A stretch of DNA of 64,000 bases. It comes from Tubiluchus corallicola. Lineage: Eukaryota; Animalia; Priapulida. A program made the translations under genes and the position numbers. Positions 13,824 to 27,080 of the stretch are shown here, piece by piece. The stretch covers positions 1-64,000 of the forward strand of contig JAQGDQ010000831.1 of the NCBI GenBank assembly GCA_030141605.1. The letters run 5' to 3'. The first letter of the stretch is position 1, and every line of letters starts with the position of its first letter. The notes beneath the pieces are model-generated. The model was not told the DNA's origin and did no database searches. It saw only the letters and a program-made list of their open reading frames with translations.

Positions 13824-14684
13824 TTTTGTATTCCTTCTGTTTTGATGTCTATTGTAAATAAGCAAGGGAATAAATTTAACATCAAATATTTACTTCAACA
13901 TGTTTTACAAATATGGTGTGATACGTGGTATAATAGCATAAAGAGAAATTTCCCTATTTCACGTCCTGTCCGTGGCGTATAGAGAGGCAATAGAAAACTT
14001 GAGATTTTAGCCTGCACATTTCTAACAGGTCAAGACAATTTTAATGATTTTCTATTCATATTTGGTTATGCAGACAATAATAAGTGCCAGTGTTTAGGGG
14101 GGGAGGCAAACCCACATCATCATCTGATGTTTCAATGTAAATTCGTAAGTCGCATTAAACGTGAAAACTTTGTAAGCATTTTACAGCACCAAGATGTCAA
14201 TTAAGTTGTCGTCTAAATAAATTGTTTCTATGTACCTTGTATGCGTAACACTGTTTTAATGCTATAACCTTGAGTAGGAAATGTACGTAAAGTGACATTT
14301 GGACTAAAATCACTAATGTATCGATTGTGGCATTTACCTCGTTCCTCGTGTATACATGTAACTTATTTTAGAACTACAAACATACATAATACATTACATT
14401 ATTTTTACATACATAATACGTATATTACACATCATAAAAGGCTTATAAAAAGATATATGAGATAAATACATTACATAATATATTATTTATTTATTTATGC
14501 ATTTATGTACTTTGCCAAACTGTGACATTTAACTTCTGCTTAGCATTTTTGCACCACCTGGTACAATTTATAATCATGCAGAACACTGATTCGTCTGCAT
14601 GATGGAAAACAATTTTACAACAACAAAGCATAACAGAAACAATAATAAAAATTAATGTAATCAAGTAAGCTATTGTTGTTATAT

Positions 14685-15805
14685 GTGCGGCAAGGCACTT
14701 CATCACTAACACTGGCCCTAGACTTTGGAATAACATAAACGAATACATAAAAAATTCTTTATCTATAAATAACTTCAAAAGAAATTTTAAAAATGAAATC
14801 TTTTCTAATTATACAGAATAAATCAATTTGATTAATTACGCTGCTGTCCCTGTCGGAATCCATTGCGTTGCTGGCTATGTCAATTTTTACATTTCTATAG
14901 TTCATGTTACTTCATACAGATACCATCACATCTTTCTTCTTCTTTCTATTCTCTATTAACCTTTCTTTCTACTCCTTTACTGCTCTTTTCTATTACACTC
15001 AGTCCACATTCATTACTTCATACAGATACCATCACATCTTTCTCCTCTTTCTATTCTCTATTAACCTTTCTTTCTACTCCTTTACTGCTCTTTTCTACTA
15101 CACTCAATCCACATTCATTACTTCATACAGATACCATCACATCTTTCTCCTCTTTCTATTCTCTATTAACCTTTCTTTCTACTCCTTTACTGCTCTTTTC
15201 TATTACACTCAGTCCACATTCATTACTTCATACAGATACCATCACATCTTTCTCTTTCTTTCTATTCTCTATTAACCTTTCCTTCTACTCCTTTACTGCT
15301 CTTTTCTACTTCACTCAGTCCACATTCATTACTTCATACAGATACCATCACATCTTTCTCCTTCTTTCTATTCTCTATTAACCTTTCCTTCTACTCCTTT
15401 ACTGCTCTTTTCTACTACACTCAGTCCACATTCATTACTTCATACAGATACCATCACATCTTTCTCCTTCTTTCTATTCTCTATTAACCTTTCCTTCTAC
15501 TCCTTTACTGCTCTTTTCTACTACACTCAGTCCACATTCATTACTTCATACAGATACCATCACATCTTTCTCCTTCTTTCTATTCTCTATTAACCTTTCT
15601 TTCTACTCCTTTACTGCTCTTTTCTATTACACTCAGTCCACATTCATTTGGGGTGCTCTAAACAAGTAATTACTTCTTGAGTACCCCACGGGTCATTTGC
15701 GGCTTGGCATCTTGTACACATAATAATAAATATATTATTAAATACTTTTATGTACAATGCTGTAATGATCATTGTGGATATATTTAATAAATAAATAAAT
15801 AAATA
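14685..15805 (+). mobile_element. Second copy of the 5S-spacer LINE fragment with its 105-106 bp array (~7 units)
   Basis: Near-identical to 12320-13340; the array spans 14907-15645. Confidence 0.7.
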
Positions 15806-16754
15806 TACACAGTTTACTATATTACCTACGTAGTCGTGAATTTTTTTCCAACATGAATGTTTTTCAAATAGAATAACTGATTCAGATCCGCCACCACAAA
15901 ATTCCTCCACCAAAGATCCGCCCCTTTAACAGTTTAATTCATGCAAATTTACTTAGCATGATTATCTTTCCCTTGTCCTGCTAATAAACAAACAAACATA
16001 CAAACAAACAAACAGGCTCCTTTGTGGTGGTATTAAAGCTAAGAACAGGCAGCAAAACGCCAATGTAATGAAAATATGACATTAGAAATTCTCTTTGAAC
16101 AAATCTACGGGAGTGGTAAATTTTTTCTGGTGTTTATAGGCAAACGTCTCAAGTATTAATGTGCTAATTTTCAAACGACTAAATTATTTTCTTCTCATAA
16201 TATCGTGATCAAAACGTCGGCACATTTTTTGCACCACCTGGTATAATTTATAATCATGCAGAACACTGATCCGTCTGCATGATGGAAAACAATTTTACGA
16301 CAATAAAGCCTGACCGAAACAATAGTGAAAATTAATGTAATTATGTAAGCTATTGTTGTTATATGCACAATTTGCTAAATTACCTACGCAGACGTAAATT
16401 TTTTACCAACAAACAAGTTTATCAAATAGAATAACGGATCTAGATCTGCCCCAAAATTCCTTCACGTAAGATCCGCCCCTCTGACAATTTAATTCATGGA
16501 ATTTTATTGAACTCTGTTATCTTTGCGTTGTCCTGCTAGTAAACATACAAGCAAACAAACAAATGGTCTTTTAATGACGGTATTAAAGCTAAGAACTCCC
16601 AGCAAAAACGCCTAAGTAATGAAAGCTACTGTATAACATACGCTACGTCATCACGTGACTGCTGAATAACCAATCATCTTCCTTGTGCGATGTTGAGCGT
16701 CACGCTGTTGAATCAGACCTCTGCTATGTAAACCCGATACAGGATAAGCGGAAT

Positions 16755-16873
16755 GTCTACGGCCATATCACGTTGAAAACACCGGTTCTCGTCTGATCAC
16801 CGAAGTTAAGCAGCGTAGAGCCTGGTTAGTACTTGGATGGGTGACCGCCTGGGAATACCAGGTGCTGTAGGCT
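16755..16873 (+). rRNA. 5S rRNA gene, copy 3
   Basis: Matches copy 1, including near-identical flanks; T5 terminator. Confidence 0.97.
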
Positions 16874-17728
16874 TTTTGCATTCCTTCTGTTAAATTGATG
16901 TTTTTGCTGTTTATTGTAAATAACCAAGGGAATAAATTTAAGTATTAATAATAATAAGTTACTAATTTAAAACTATCCTCTTCAATTTACTGACGCTAGT
17001 TTTATGAATATGTAGATTTACACATAGAATTAATTTGCTTGCTTACTGCAAAAATCATCACTGATATCATCATCAAAATCATCGTCATCAAAATTGTGCA
17101 AACATTTGTGTAGGTAAGATCAAATGTTTACTTCAACATGTTTTACAAATATTTTGTGATACGTGGTATAATAGCAGGAAATTTCCCTATTTCACGTCCT
17201 GTACGTGGCATCTTGACTTAATTTTATAATAATTTTGGGAAGTTGTTGCATGGTCAGTGAGCATGTGGGCTTATGTTATTATTAGTTTTCTCACGTTTTA
17301 GAACCTTTTATAAAGTGTTTGTGGTGTGTTGAGGCTAATGTAGATTCTCATTGAAGAGGAACAAACTTTGCTCCTCTTGGGAAGTTGGGAAGTTGTTGCA
17401 TCATCAGTGAGCATGTGGGCTTGTCACGTGAGGGTTGTAATTAAGACGCGTTGCTGTGGTACACTTAACCTTTGACCTACAGCAACTGCGCGTGCGCATA
17501 ATGAAACTACGAAAGGGCTTATTAACTACCTTCGTACGTAGACGGGTAACCAGTCACTTTTCAGTGAACTTTGATATGAGTACGTGGTAACAGAACTAGT
17601 AGCAGCACTTGACTATAAGTGATGGTGTCACGTGCCTGAAAGTTAGCCAATCACGTTGCTTATGTTAATTTTAGCATTATTTTAATTCAAACATTTCCTG
17701 TATAAACCCGTTTAAACAAAATTTAAAT

Positions 17729-17758
17729 GTCTACGGCCATATCACGCTGAAAACACCG
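17729..17758 (+). pseudogene. Truncated 5S rRNA gene (first ~30 nt only)
   Basis: GTCTACGGCCATATCACGCTGAAAACACCG with a copy-2-like upstream flank, followed directly by LINE sequence. Confidence 0.85.
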
Positions 17759-17759
17759 A

Positions 17760-18103
17760 TTGATTCTACACGTTGTGTAACCTACTTGGAATTGAACTCC
17801 GGTCTCGAAACTCCTCGTTTTGAATCGACGATATTTGAGCATCGTCGGAGAAGCTTCACAAGAATGCGTCTTCAGTCACATAGGCTGCGGATAGAAACGG
17901 GTAGATGGGCGAGACAGCCAAGGGAAAATAGGTTATGTCCTTGTGGGGACATTCAAACTGAGAAACACGTTATACAGACACGCCCCCTAACATCAAATAT
18001 TCGAAACTGCTACGACAATGTAAACTTTGCTGATTTAACTCACTTCTTTGAGCACACTAATTGTTATATAATATGTTATGAAATTTTGCAACTTTTATGC
18101 TGA
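17760..18103 (+). mobile_element. 3' fragment of a non-LTR retrotransposon ORF
   Basis: FTRMRLQSHRLRIETGRW...RLCPCGDIQTEKHVI is a typical LINE C-terminal Cys/His motif. It is similar to 31234-31668. Confidence 0.8.
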
Positions 18104-18353
18104 TGTACCTTGTATGCATAACACTGTTTTTAATGCTATAACCTTGAGTAGAAAAAGTACGTAAAGTGACATTTGGACTAAAATCACTAATGTATCGATT
18201 GTGGCATTTACCTCGTCCCTTGTGTATACATGTAACTTGTTTTAGAACTACAAACATACATAATACATTACATTATTTGTACATACATAATACATATATT
18301 ACACATTATACAAGGCTTATAAAAAGATATATGAGATAAATACGTTACATTAC

Positions 18354-18720
18354 AATGAAGTTAATGCCGTTAGGGTAAAATGGAACACTGCTTATAGAAA
18401 AATATTCGGTTTTAGACAAAATGAAAGCGTCAAATTGTTAATGTATTTTTGTGGCACAATGCCTGTGAATTATTTAATGGATAATCGAAAATTAAACTTT
18501 GTGAGAAAAATTGTAAACTCTTGCACATTGAGAATTCCAAAGCTATGCTAGTATGTAAATAACAGTCGAGTAAATTTAAGATTTAAATATGGTTGTACTA
18601 TAGATCTAAACGAAAATGTAAAATTAAAGGTTAAGAACTCATTTAAAGATTATGTTTTAAGATATCTATTATAGCTCCTTACTACACTGTATAATGTAAA
18701 ATAATTACAAGGGAGCTTAC
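18354..18720 (+). mobile_element. RTE-X-like LINE 3' fragment
   Basis: Manual translation VRVKWNTAYRKIFGFRQNESVKLLMYFCGTMPVNYLMDNRKLNF, followed by a short 3' stem-loop (AGCTCC...GGAGCT). Confidence 0.6.
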
Positions 18721-18948
18721 AATGTGTGGTTATTATAAAGTTGAATGTCTGTAGATATGTGACTTTACTAACATCGCATTACCCGTTTTACTAACATCTT
18801 TATTTCGTATAAAAATATACAGCTCACAAAGATAAAGATGTTAGTAAAACAGGTAATACGATGTTAGTAAAGTAACATATCTACAGAAATTCAACTTTAT
18901 TTCGTATAAAAATATACAGTTTACAAAGATAAACTCATAATAATAATA

Positions 18949-19016
<68 letters not shown>

Positions 19017-19020
19017 AATA

Positions 19021-19055
<35 letters not shown>

Positions 19056-19056
19056 A

Positions 19057-19133
<77 letters not shown>

Positions 19134-19969
19134 AATAATAATAATAATTTATTATTCATTTATTCATGCATTTATGTACTCCAGTAAAAATAAATCTTTT
19201 CTCCATTCTAGTTCTCTTCTAACGTTGAAAAATCACAACGTCCAACAAAAGTAACAATAAAGTTTAATAGGCGTAATCATGTGCGCAGTTACTATAAAAT
19301 CGACACCTCAATAAAGCCAACACCCGGGCAAATTCGACGCCCATAAAACCCGACCGGGCAAATCTCGATCCGACGAGGAGTATCGATTTCACCGGATCCA
19401 TTACCCTAAAAGATTGCAGAAGAATTTAAAAGCTATCGAGTTAATGTGTTCCACGTGTGTTGGAGACATCTTAAACCCTCTGGAGAAGTCGTTAGCTCCA
19501 CTTTATGAGGTTCCTAATCAGAGCTTGTATTCATAATGATAGCGGCCATAATTTAAATGGCATCTCCGTTTTGCGAATAGCATCCGGAGTTTAAAATATC
19601 GACGAAACATGTTGAGAGAATTAGCGACTAGACTAGAAAAACCGCCATCCTCGTCTGCTGTCATCAGCTGAGGTTGCTATGGTAGCGGGAAGCTGCGGAA
19701 TGGTAGCGGATGATGATAGATAAAGGATCGTATAACTTTCCCCCGATGGAGGAGGACACGTGGTCGCCAAATGTGGGAGATCGTTTCCCACTGACAAATC
19801 CGTAAAATCTCTTCAACAGTTTACAAACAATTTATGTCTTTAGACAGCTAAGCTTGTTATTAGTGAACTGAGAAGTGATTAGTCGCTTCGTTATGGGGTA
19901 ATTAAGCTAATTGGGGTGGCACGCGTCTCCTAAGAATTTTTACCTATGGGCGATGAGCAAGAGGATGAA

Positions 19970-20383
19970 CCGTACGGTAAGGTTCGAAATTACTCGTAAA
20001 AGTACGGCACGGTACGAAAAAAACTGTTCAAAGAACGGTATGAAATTACTCTTAAAAGTACGGTATGAAATTACGGTACAGTATGAAATTACTCTTAAAA
20101 GTACGGTATGAAATTACGGTGTAGTATGAAATCACTCTTACAAGTACGGTATGAAATTACGGTATAGTACGAAGAAAACTCTTAAAAGTATGGTACGAAA
20201 TTACGGTACGGTACAAAAAAACTCTTAAAAGTACGGCACGAAATTACGGCACGGTACGAATATAACTCTTACAAGTACGGTACGAAATTACGGTATGGTA
20301 CGAAGAAAACTCTTAAAAGTACGTTACGAAATTACGGTACGGTACGAAGAAACTCTTAAAAGTACGGTATGAAATTACGGTAC
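19970..20383. repeat. ~42 bp minisatellite, about 10 units
   Basis: Reiterated AAAGTACGGTAYGAAATTACGGTACRGTAYGAA..ACTCTT. Confidence 0.85.
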
Positions 20384-20556
20384 GAGAGAGAGAGAAAGAG
20401 AGAGAGAGAGAGCGGGAAAGAAAGAGAGAGAGAGAGAGAGAGAGCGGGAAAGAGAGAGAGAGAGAGAGAGGGGGGAGGGAGAGAGAGAGAGGGGGGGAGG
20501 GGGAGAGAGAGAGAGAGAAACAGAGAGAGAGCGCCAGAAAGAGAGAGAAACAGAGA

Positions 20557-20596
<40 letters not shown>

Positions 20597-21248
20597 GGAG
20601 AAAGGGAGAGAGACAGAGAGAGAGAGAGAGAAAGAGAGAGAGGGGGAGAGAAAGAGAGAGAGGAAAGAGCAGATCGAATAGAAAAAGGACAGAACGGTAA
20701 AATAAAAACGAAAATGGAAAGCAATAATCACTGGGCCAACAAGAATGTCTTGTATTTTGTATAAAGAGGAAAAGATTTCTCTTTCTGTTCATTCATCAAT
20801 TCCTTTATTTTTTCCAAGATTTTCTCCTTTATTCCATTTTTTGACTTGCTTATTTCTTTGAAACATTTAGAACAACAATTAGTGTGAACATAGTCTAACG
20901 TAACACATTTAAAAAACCTTTATTATGACAACAAACAATTAATCTACAAAAATAACTGTTAATAATTAAACGATTAATAATACAATTAATTTATTTAGTT
21001 AAATTCATGCTAAAATACGCATGGTAAAAACGTATTTAGTTATAATTATTAAACACAGACACACACGCCGACGAAAACATCCACATTTAGAACAAAAGCC
21101 TGTCTGAATAAAATCAAAATATCTTACCTTTTTATGTTAATGTCAACAACAAGTTTATTTACGTTTCTTTCAACTGTTAAAATTGAACTTCGAACCTTTT
21201 TTAAAGAACAAAAACAGTTGTTTACCACATTCCTGTGTGTGTGTGGGG

Positions 21249-21302
<54 letters not shown>

Positions 21303-21407
21303 AGAGAGAGGGAGTGAGAGAGAGAGCAGAGGAGGGAGGGAGGGAGAGAGAGAAAGAACAAAAACGGTTGTTTACCACAATCCTGTAGGGGTTTTCTTAT
21401 GAACACT

Positions 21408-21455
<48 letters not shown>

Positions 21456-22009
21456 AGAGAGAGAGAGAGAGAGAGAGAGGAGAGGGAGAGCGGGAAAAAG
21501 AAAGAGAGAGAGAAAGAGAGGGAGAGAGAGCAGAGGAGAGAGGAAGGGAGAGAGAGAGGAGAGGAGAGAGGGCAGAAGAAAGAGAGAAAGAGAGAGAGAG
21601 AAAGAGAGGAGAGAGGGAGAGAGAGAGAGCAGAGGAGAGAGGGAGGGAGGAGAGAGAGAGCAGAGGAGAGAGGGAGGGAGAGAGAGAGAAAGAACAAAAA
21701 CACTTGTTTGCCACATTCCTGTGGGGGTTTTCTTGTGAGCACCGAAGTATCTTTCATTGGGGACGCTATGAAACCCTTTAAAAATCCTTTCTTCTTGATA
21801 GTGTACAGAATAACAGTCATCTTTCATGCACTCTTACGTACGTTTCAATAACATTTTCAACTGTGACATAAGCTGCATACACATTTTCATAATTCATATT
21901 AACTACTTCTACAACAGATATACAAAAACAATATTTACAGTGTGATAATTAGGCAATAATGTTATCATTTTTACAATAACAATCAACAGTCTGGCCTACG
22001 TAAGTCTAA

Positions 22010-22399
22010 TTACATGTGGTATGGGGCTAATGGCCTCACAACGCTAGGCCTAGAACCCGCAAAGTTTTGGAAGCCAGGATAGTAAACGGCATTTGGCGGG
22101 CTTCCTCCCACGCCTCCCACGCCGCCGTACGATACAGGAATCATTTGAGGAACTTGACCAACAACCGTCCCAGAATCTTGTTTCATTTTCCACTCGCTAG
22201 GTGGCGTGCGCGAGGCGAAAACTTGCTGAGGTGGCGGCATCTGCTGGTAGCCGACGGGAAACGACGGCGCCATCATGTGTTGGTATGGAGGAGGTGCTGG
22301 CATGTAACCCACTGATAAAGCAGCCGCTTCGGCCTCCATTGTGTCCAATTGAGTTTGTCTCTTGTGTTTCATCCGTCTGTTTTGAAACCACGTTTTTAC
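22010..22399 (-). CDS. NKL-class homeobox gene, coding exon 3 (helix 3 and Pro/Gln-rich C-terminus)
   Basis: Acceptor GTATTTTAG|GTA, giving VKTWFQNRRMKHKRQTQLDTMEAE..., continuous with ORF 22010-22372 to the stop. The spliced protein is about 308 aa. Confidence 0.93.
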   Translation of the reverse strand, partial: VKTWFQNRRMKHKRQTQLDTMEAEAAALSVGYMPAPPPYQHMMAPSFPVGYQQMPPPQQVFASRTPPSEWKMKQDSGTVVGQVPQMIPVSYGGVGGVGGSPPNAVYYPGFQNFAGSRPSVVRPLAPYHM

Positions 22400-22791
22400 C
22401 TAAAATACATTTAGCACTGTAAATAAGTTCATCATTCAACTGAATCGACCACTAATTCCATCAGTTAATCTCAGTCAGTCAGTCAGTCAGTCAGTCAGTC
22501 AGTCAGTCATCCGTCTGTTTTGAAACCACGTTTTTACCTAAAATACATTTAACACTGTAAATAAGTTCATCATTCAACTGAATCGACCACTAATTCCATC
22601 AGTTAATCTCAGTCAGTCAGTCAGTCAGTCAGTCAGTCAGTCATCTGTCTGTTTTGAAACCACGTTTTTACCTAAAATACATTTAACACTGTAAATAAGT
22701 TAACCATTCAACTGAATCGATCACTAATTCCATCAGTTAGTCTCAGTCAGTTAGTCAGTGAATCAGTCAGTCACTCAGTCAGTCAGTCAGT

Positions 22792-22830
<39 letters not shown>

Positions 22831-24137
22831 TCAGTCAGTCAGTCAGTGAGTCAGTCACTCAGGTAGTTAGTCAGATAGTCAGTCAGTCAGTCAGGCAGTT
22901 AGTCAGCCAGGCAGTCAGTCACTCAGTCAGTCAGTCAGCCAACCAGCCAGTCAGTCAGTCAGTCAGTCAGTCAGTCAATCAGTCACTCTGTCAGTTAGTC
23001 AGTAAGTCAGTCAGTCAGTCAGTGAGTCAATCACTCAAGCAGTTAGTCAGTCAGTTAGTCAGTCAGTCAGTCCATCAGTGAGTCAGTCAGTCAGTCAGTC
23101 AGTCAGTCAGTCAGTTAGTCGGTCAGGTAGTTGATAATCGGATTACATGCTTCGGGTCCTAATTGTAAATATTGTATAGCAGTATAACATTGTAAGTTAT
23201 GCAGGTGTATGTTATTTAATTGTTGTCTATTGTAGTTGTAGCTGTATTTTGAATATGAACTTTATGTTTGAAATAAACAATAAATCAAATAAAATCAGTG
23301 AGAGAGTGAGAGAGTGAGTGAGTGAGTGAGTGAGTGACTAATGAATGAGTAGGTGGGTAGGTGAGTCAGTCAGTCAGGCAGGCAGTCACTCAGTCCGATC
23401 AATCAATCAGTTAAACAGTCAGTCAGTGTCAATTGGTAAGTCAGTCATTCAGTCAGTCACTCAGTTAGATCAGTCAGTCAGTCAGTGAGTTACCAACCTA
23501 TGGAAGAAGCAGGCGAAAAAAAATCAGTCAATTTGGATCAATAAAAAACAATCGAATATCAAAATAATCAAACTGCAATAATTGACTATCAGTCAGCAAG
23601 ATGCACCGCCAAAAATTTTTCATAATTAACGAATACTGGGCGATTTTAATGAATTACGTCATCTTTTCTAATTAATTAAATTTAAAATGCGGTAATGTCG
23701 AACACAGGCTAATGTCGGATACTGAGCTTCAGGTTCAACTTCAAGAAATAGGAAAGTAGTACAAATATTGACTTTGCTTCTCTGTTATTATAACAGAAGA
23801 ACACTTACATACATATAGATATATTCGTTATCTGACTGACTAACTAACTGACTGAGTGACTGACTGACTGACTGACTGGCTAGTTGACTGACTGACTGAC
23901 TGACTGGCTAGTTGACTGACTGACTGACTGACTGACTGACTGACTGAATGACCGAGTGACTTCAGTAAAGCTTGATGTGCATTGTCAAACATTGACCATG
24001 ATACAGACATTAGCTCATTTTAGCACTGATGGTACTGTCAACAAACGAACCATAATATGACATAGGTCCACTTGTGTGTTTAACCATGTGATTAACAGAA
24101 AAACTGCACCCAATCTTGAACTATGTTATTATTATTA

Positions 24138-24254
<117 letters not shown>

Positions 24255-24341
24255 GTCTCAGTCAGTCAGTCACTCAGTCAGTTAGTCAGTAAATCAGTCA
24301 GTCATTCACTCAGTCACTCAATCAGTTAGTCAGTCGGTCGG

Positions 24342-24504
<163 letters not shown>

Positions 24505-24782
24505 TCATTCCAAATCTGATGTTAGAAATTCACTCAAAATCAAGCCATCTATTTGCAGGGCAAAATTTACATAGTATTACAAATTTTACAGATTCTTATA
24601 CCTAATTAACGCTTAGTTTAGTTCAAACCTTGTTTATTTATAGTGGACTGGGTCTGATACAAGTACCTCCACGAGATTAGTTAACACTCATATTGTAGTT
24701 ACAATATGAGTGAGTTAGCTCACATTCAAAAAATTTTCTAGGGATAAATACATTTATTCACATACTCGTATATGTATATATG

Positions 24783-24953
24783 CAGGGCCTATTTCAAGGG
24801 GGGGAAGTGGGGATACTTCCCCAGGGCCTCACCCTCCAGGGGGGCCTCGCGCCAAGGTAACATTTTTTGCTTTATGCGAACATACTGCCTCCTCTCTCTC
24901 TCTCTCTGTCTCTCTCTCTCACTCTCTCACTCTCTCACTCACTCACTCACTCA

Positions 24954-24992
<39 letters not shown>

Positions 24993-25058
24993 TCTCTCTC
25001 TCATACACACACTGTCACTCTCTCACTCTCTCTCTCTCTCTCTCACTCTCTCACTCTC

Positions 25059-25096
<38 letters not shown>

Positions 25097-25351
25097 CACG
25101 CGCGCCGTTTGCCAGTATTGACAAGTATTATGGACTGATCTTGAGAATAAAGCAGTTTTTCTTTCAATTGTTCTTTCCTTTAACAACTGCATAACTCCAT
25201 ATTTTCTCTTCGAAAACGCTTCTCCGGCGTTCTAGCAGTTCAAAAATTTTCTGGGCGCCAACCATGGTAGCGACCGGCGCTTTGCCCCCCCTCCCATGGG
25301 GCCTCACACGCCTCACTTCCCCGGGCCCCGCCTAGGCTGAAATAGGCCCAG
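24783..25351 (+). mobile_element. hAT-type MITE, family B, with internal (CT)n
   Basis: TIRs CAGGGCCTATTTCA...TGAAATAGGCCCAG and an 8 bp TSD, TATATATG. It lies in intron 2 of the homeobox gene. Confidence 0.85.
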
Positions 25352-26144
25352 TATATATGTATATACTTATGTAATACAGATGATATATAAACATACATGT
25401 GTTACGCCTATGCAATGCTCGTATACAAAATACTTTGTAATAATTTTGCATGTAAACACTTTGTATATGTATATAACCAAAATAATATTAACTATCAAAA
25501 ATATAACCTGTGGCTCCATATTCAAGCAAAATTTTTAAAGAGTAAAAATTCGCAGAAACATACAGCTAGTAAAAGCGCTACTCAACATACTTTGATAAAG
25601 TAATTTGATAATCGCAATTATAATATTCACGTATAATGCTAATTTAATCCAATAATTACATAATTAGTTCTAGCTAGTAAAGACATTTTTTTAATTAATG
25701 TAATGCTTCATTATTAGTTTAGTTTAAACATAATTTATTTAGGATTGGATCAGACAGTTTGTACAACATGATTTAAGATCCTCACCACAACAGACTTTAT
25801 ACACTATTTACAAGAACATTTACAGTAAGAATAGACTATACTTAGTTTTTAGAATACTTTAGTATACTAAAGTTTTACTACAGTGATACATTATTATGTA
25901 ATGCTTCATTATTACACATGCAGTGATTTTATTTTTAAAACTGTATTATGTTTTAAACACTCAAAATAAAAAAATCATTGTCATTTGAAACCTTGAGCTT
26001 TGCAAGTGTAAAAAATGGAAAAAAAACTGAAAATTATCAAAAATAATGTACATGTAACTGTAACAAGCTTTCCTATTATTATAAATTACATATCTACGCC
26101 ACCATGATTAAACTGTAGCTCAAAACAGTCGACTCTATATTGAA

Positions 26145-26612
26145 AGGAAACTTGCTATGTTTTCAAAACTGACTTACGTGAAACAGAAACGTAATTTCGC
26201 GTTGCGGCTAGTTCTTCGCTGCTTCACGCATTTCACCATTCGCGAATAACATGGGCGCCTGCATATCGAAAACTCGTTGCTCAAAAAACAGGTGCAGTAC
26301 GTTTCAGATTTGTTTCATTTCGACATGGTGCACACGTTCGAACCGCACGTGCGCGAGCACAGTGGCAAACTTGAAATTTGAATTGAAATTTAAAATTTGT
26401 GGAGTTTTTGTATATCACACTGAACGTGTTAGTGGCATCGTACTTCAATTTTCGCTTTTGTAAACACGTGCAACACGCCCATGGAATGTTTGCGCTGCTG
26501 AAAATTATGTTCAGATGTGAAACCATTTGGTATTATTATAGGTGTTCAAGTGCACACCTTTTAAAATACCTCTATATGGGGTAGCGGATATGAAAAATCA
26601 TCCTGCCTTCCT
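26145..26612 (+). mobile_element. Kolobok-like MITE, family C (other copies at ~1148-1680, 5155-5487, 9322-9855, 28470-28640, 49150-49210, 58245-58761)
   Basis: Shared ~500 bp sequence ending GAAAAATCATCCTGTCTTCCT. Termini are AGG...CCT, flanked by TTAA or TTAA-like tetramers in several copies. Confidence 0.65.
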
Positions 26613-27080
26613 AAAATAATTTACATTATCTTTCTTTAGTTCCTAATATCCTACACCTACTGCAGCAGTCATACCACAATCCTGGTACAGATTATGCAAA
26701 ACAAGGCGTCATTGATAAATCTTTAGAGCTGATGTCAACATAGCGCAATCTATTATCTTTCTTCCTACAATTTCCACTAACGCATCCTCCCACTCTTCCT
26801 GTGTGATCTAACCTTTCTCCCAGTTCTTTTTTTGTTCACTCATCCATTCTTTTTTTATCGGGTTCACATGACAGTGGGCTTATACAAGCCTTTGCTTCTC
26901 TAGCCCACTGCAGTACAATTAATCTTTTATGATAACGATAGTGTATGAAACATGACAATTTAATACAGTATGACGTAATAATTTTGATATCACTGTGTGC
27001 TTAATGTCATTATATTGTACTGAATGTGATAATAGTAAACTAACAAAAACTAAAAACTATATTAATAAATGAAGGCATAC

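Noticed and set aside
12498-15381. 172 aa repeat-protein ORFs in the 5S spacers
   Set aside because: They arise from the 105 bp tandem array in a LINE 3' UTR and have non-ATG starts.
11264-16754. Spliced-leader RNA or U snRNA genes linked to 5S (known in several animal groups)
   Set aside because: I could not see a recognisable U1/U2/U5/U6 sequence or a convincing donor plus Sm-site structure, and the spacers are largely explained by TE fragments. An Infernal/Rfam search would settle it.
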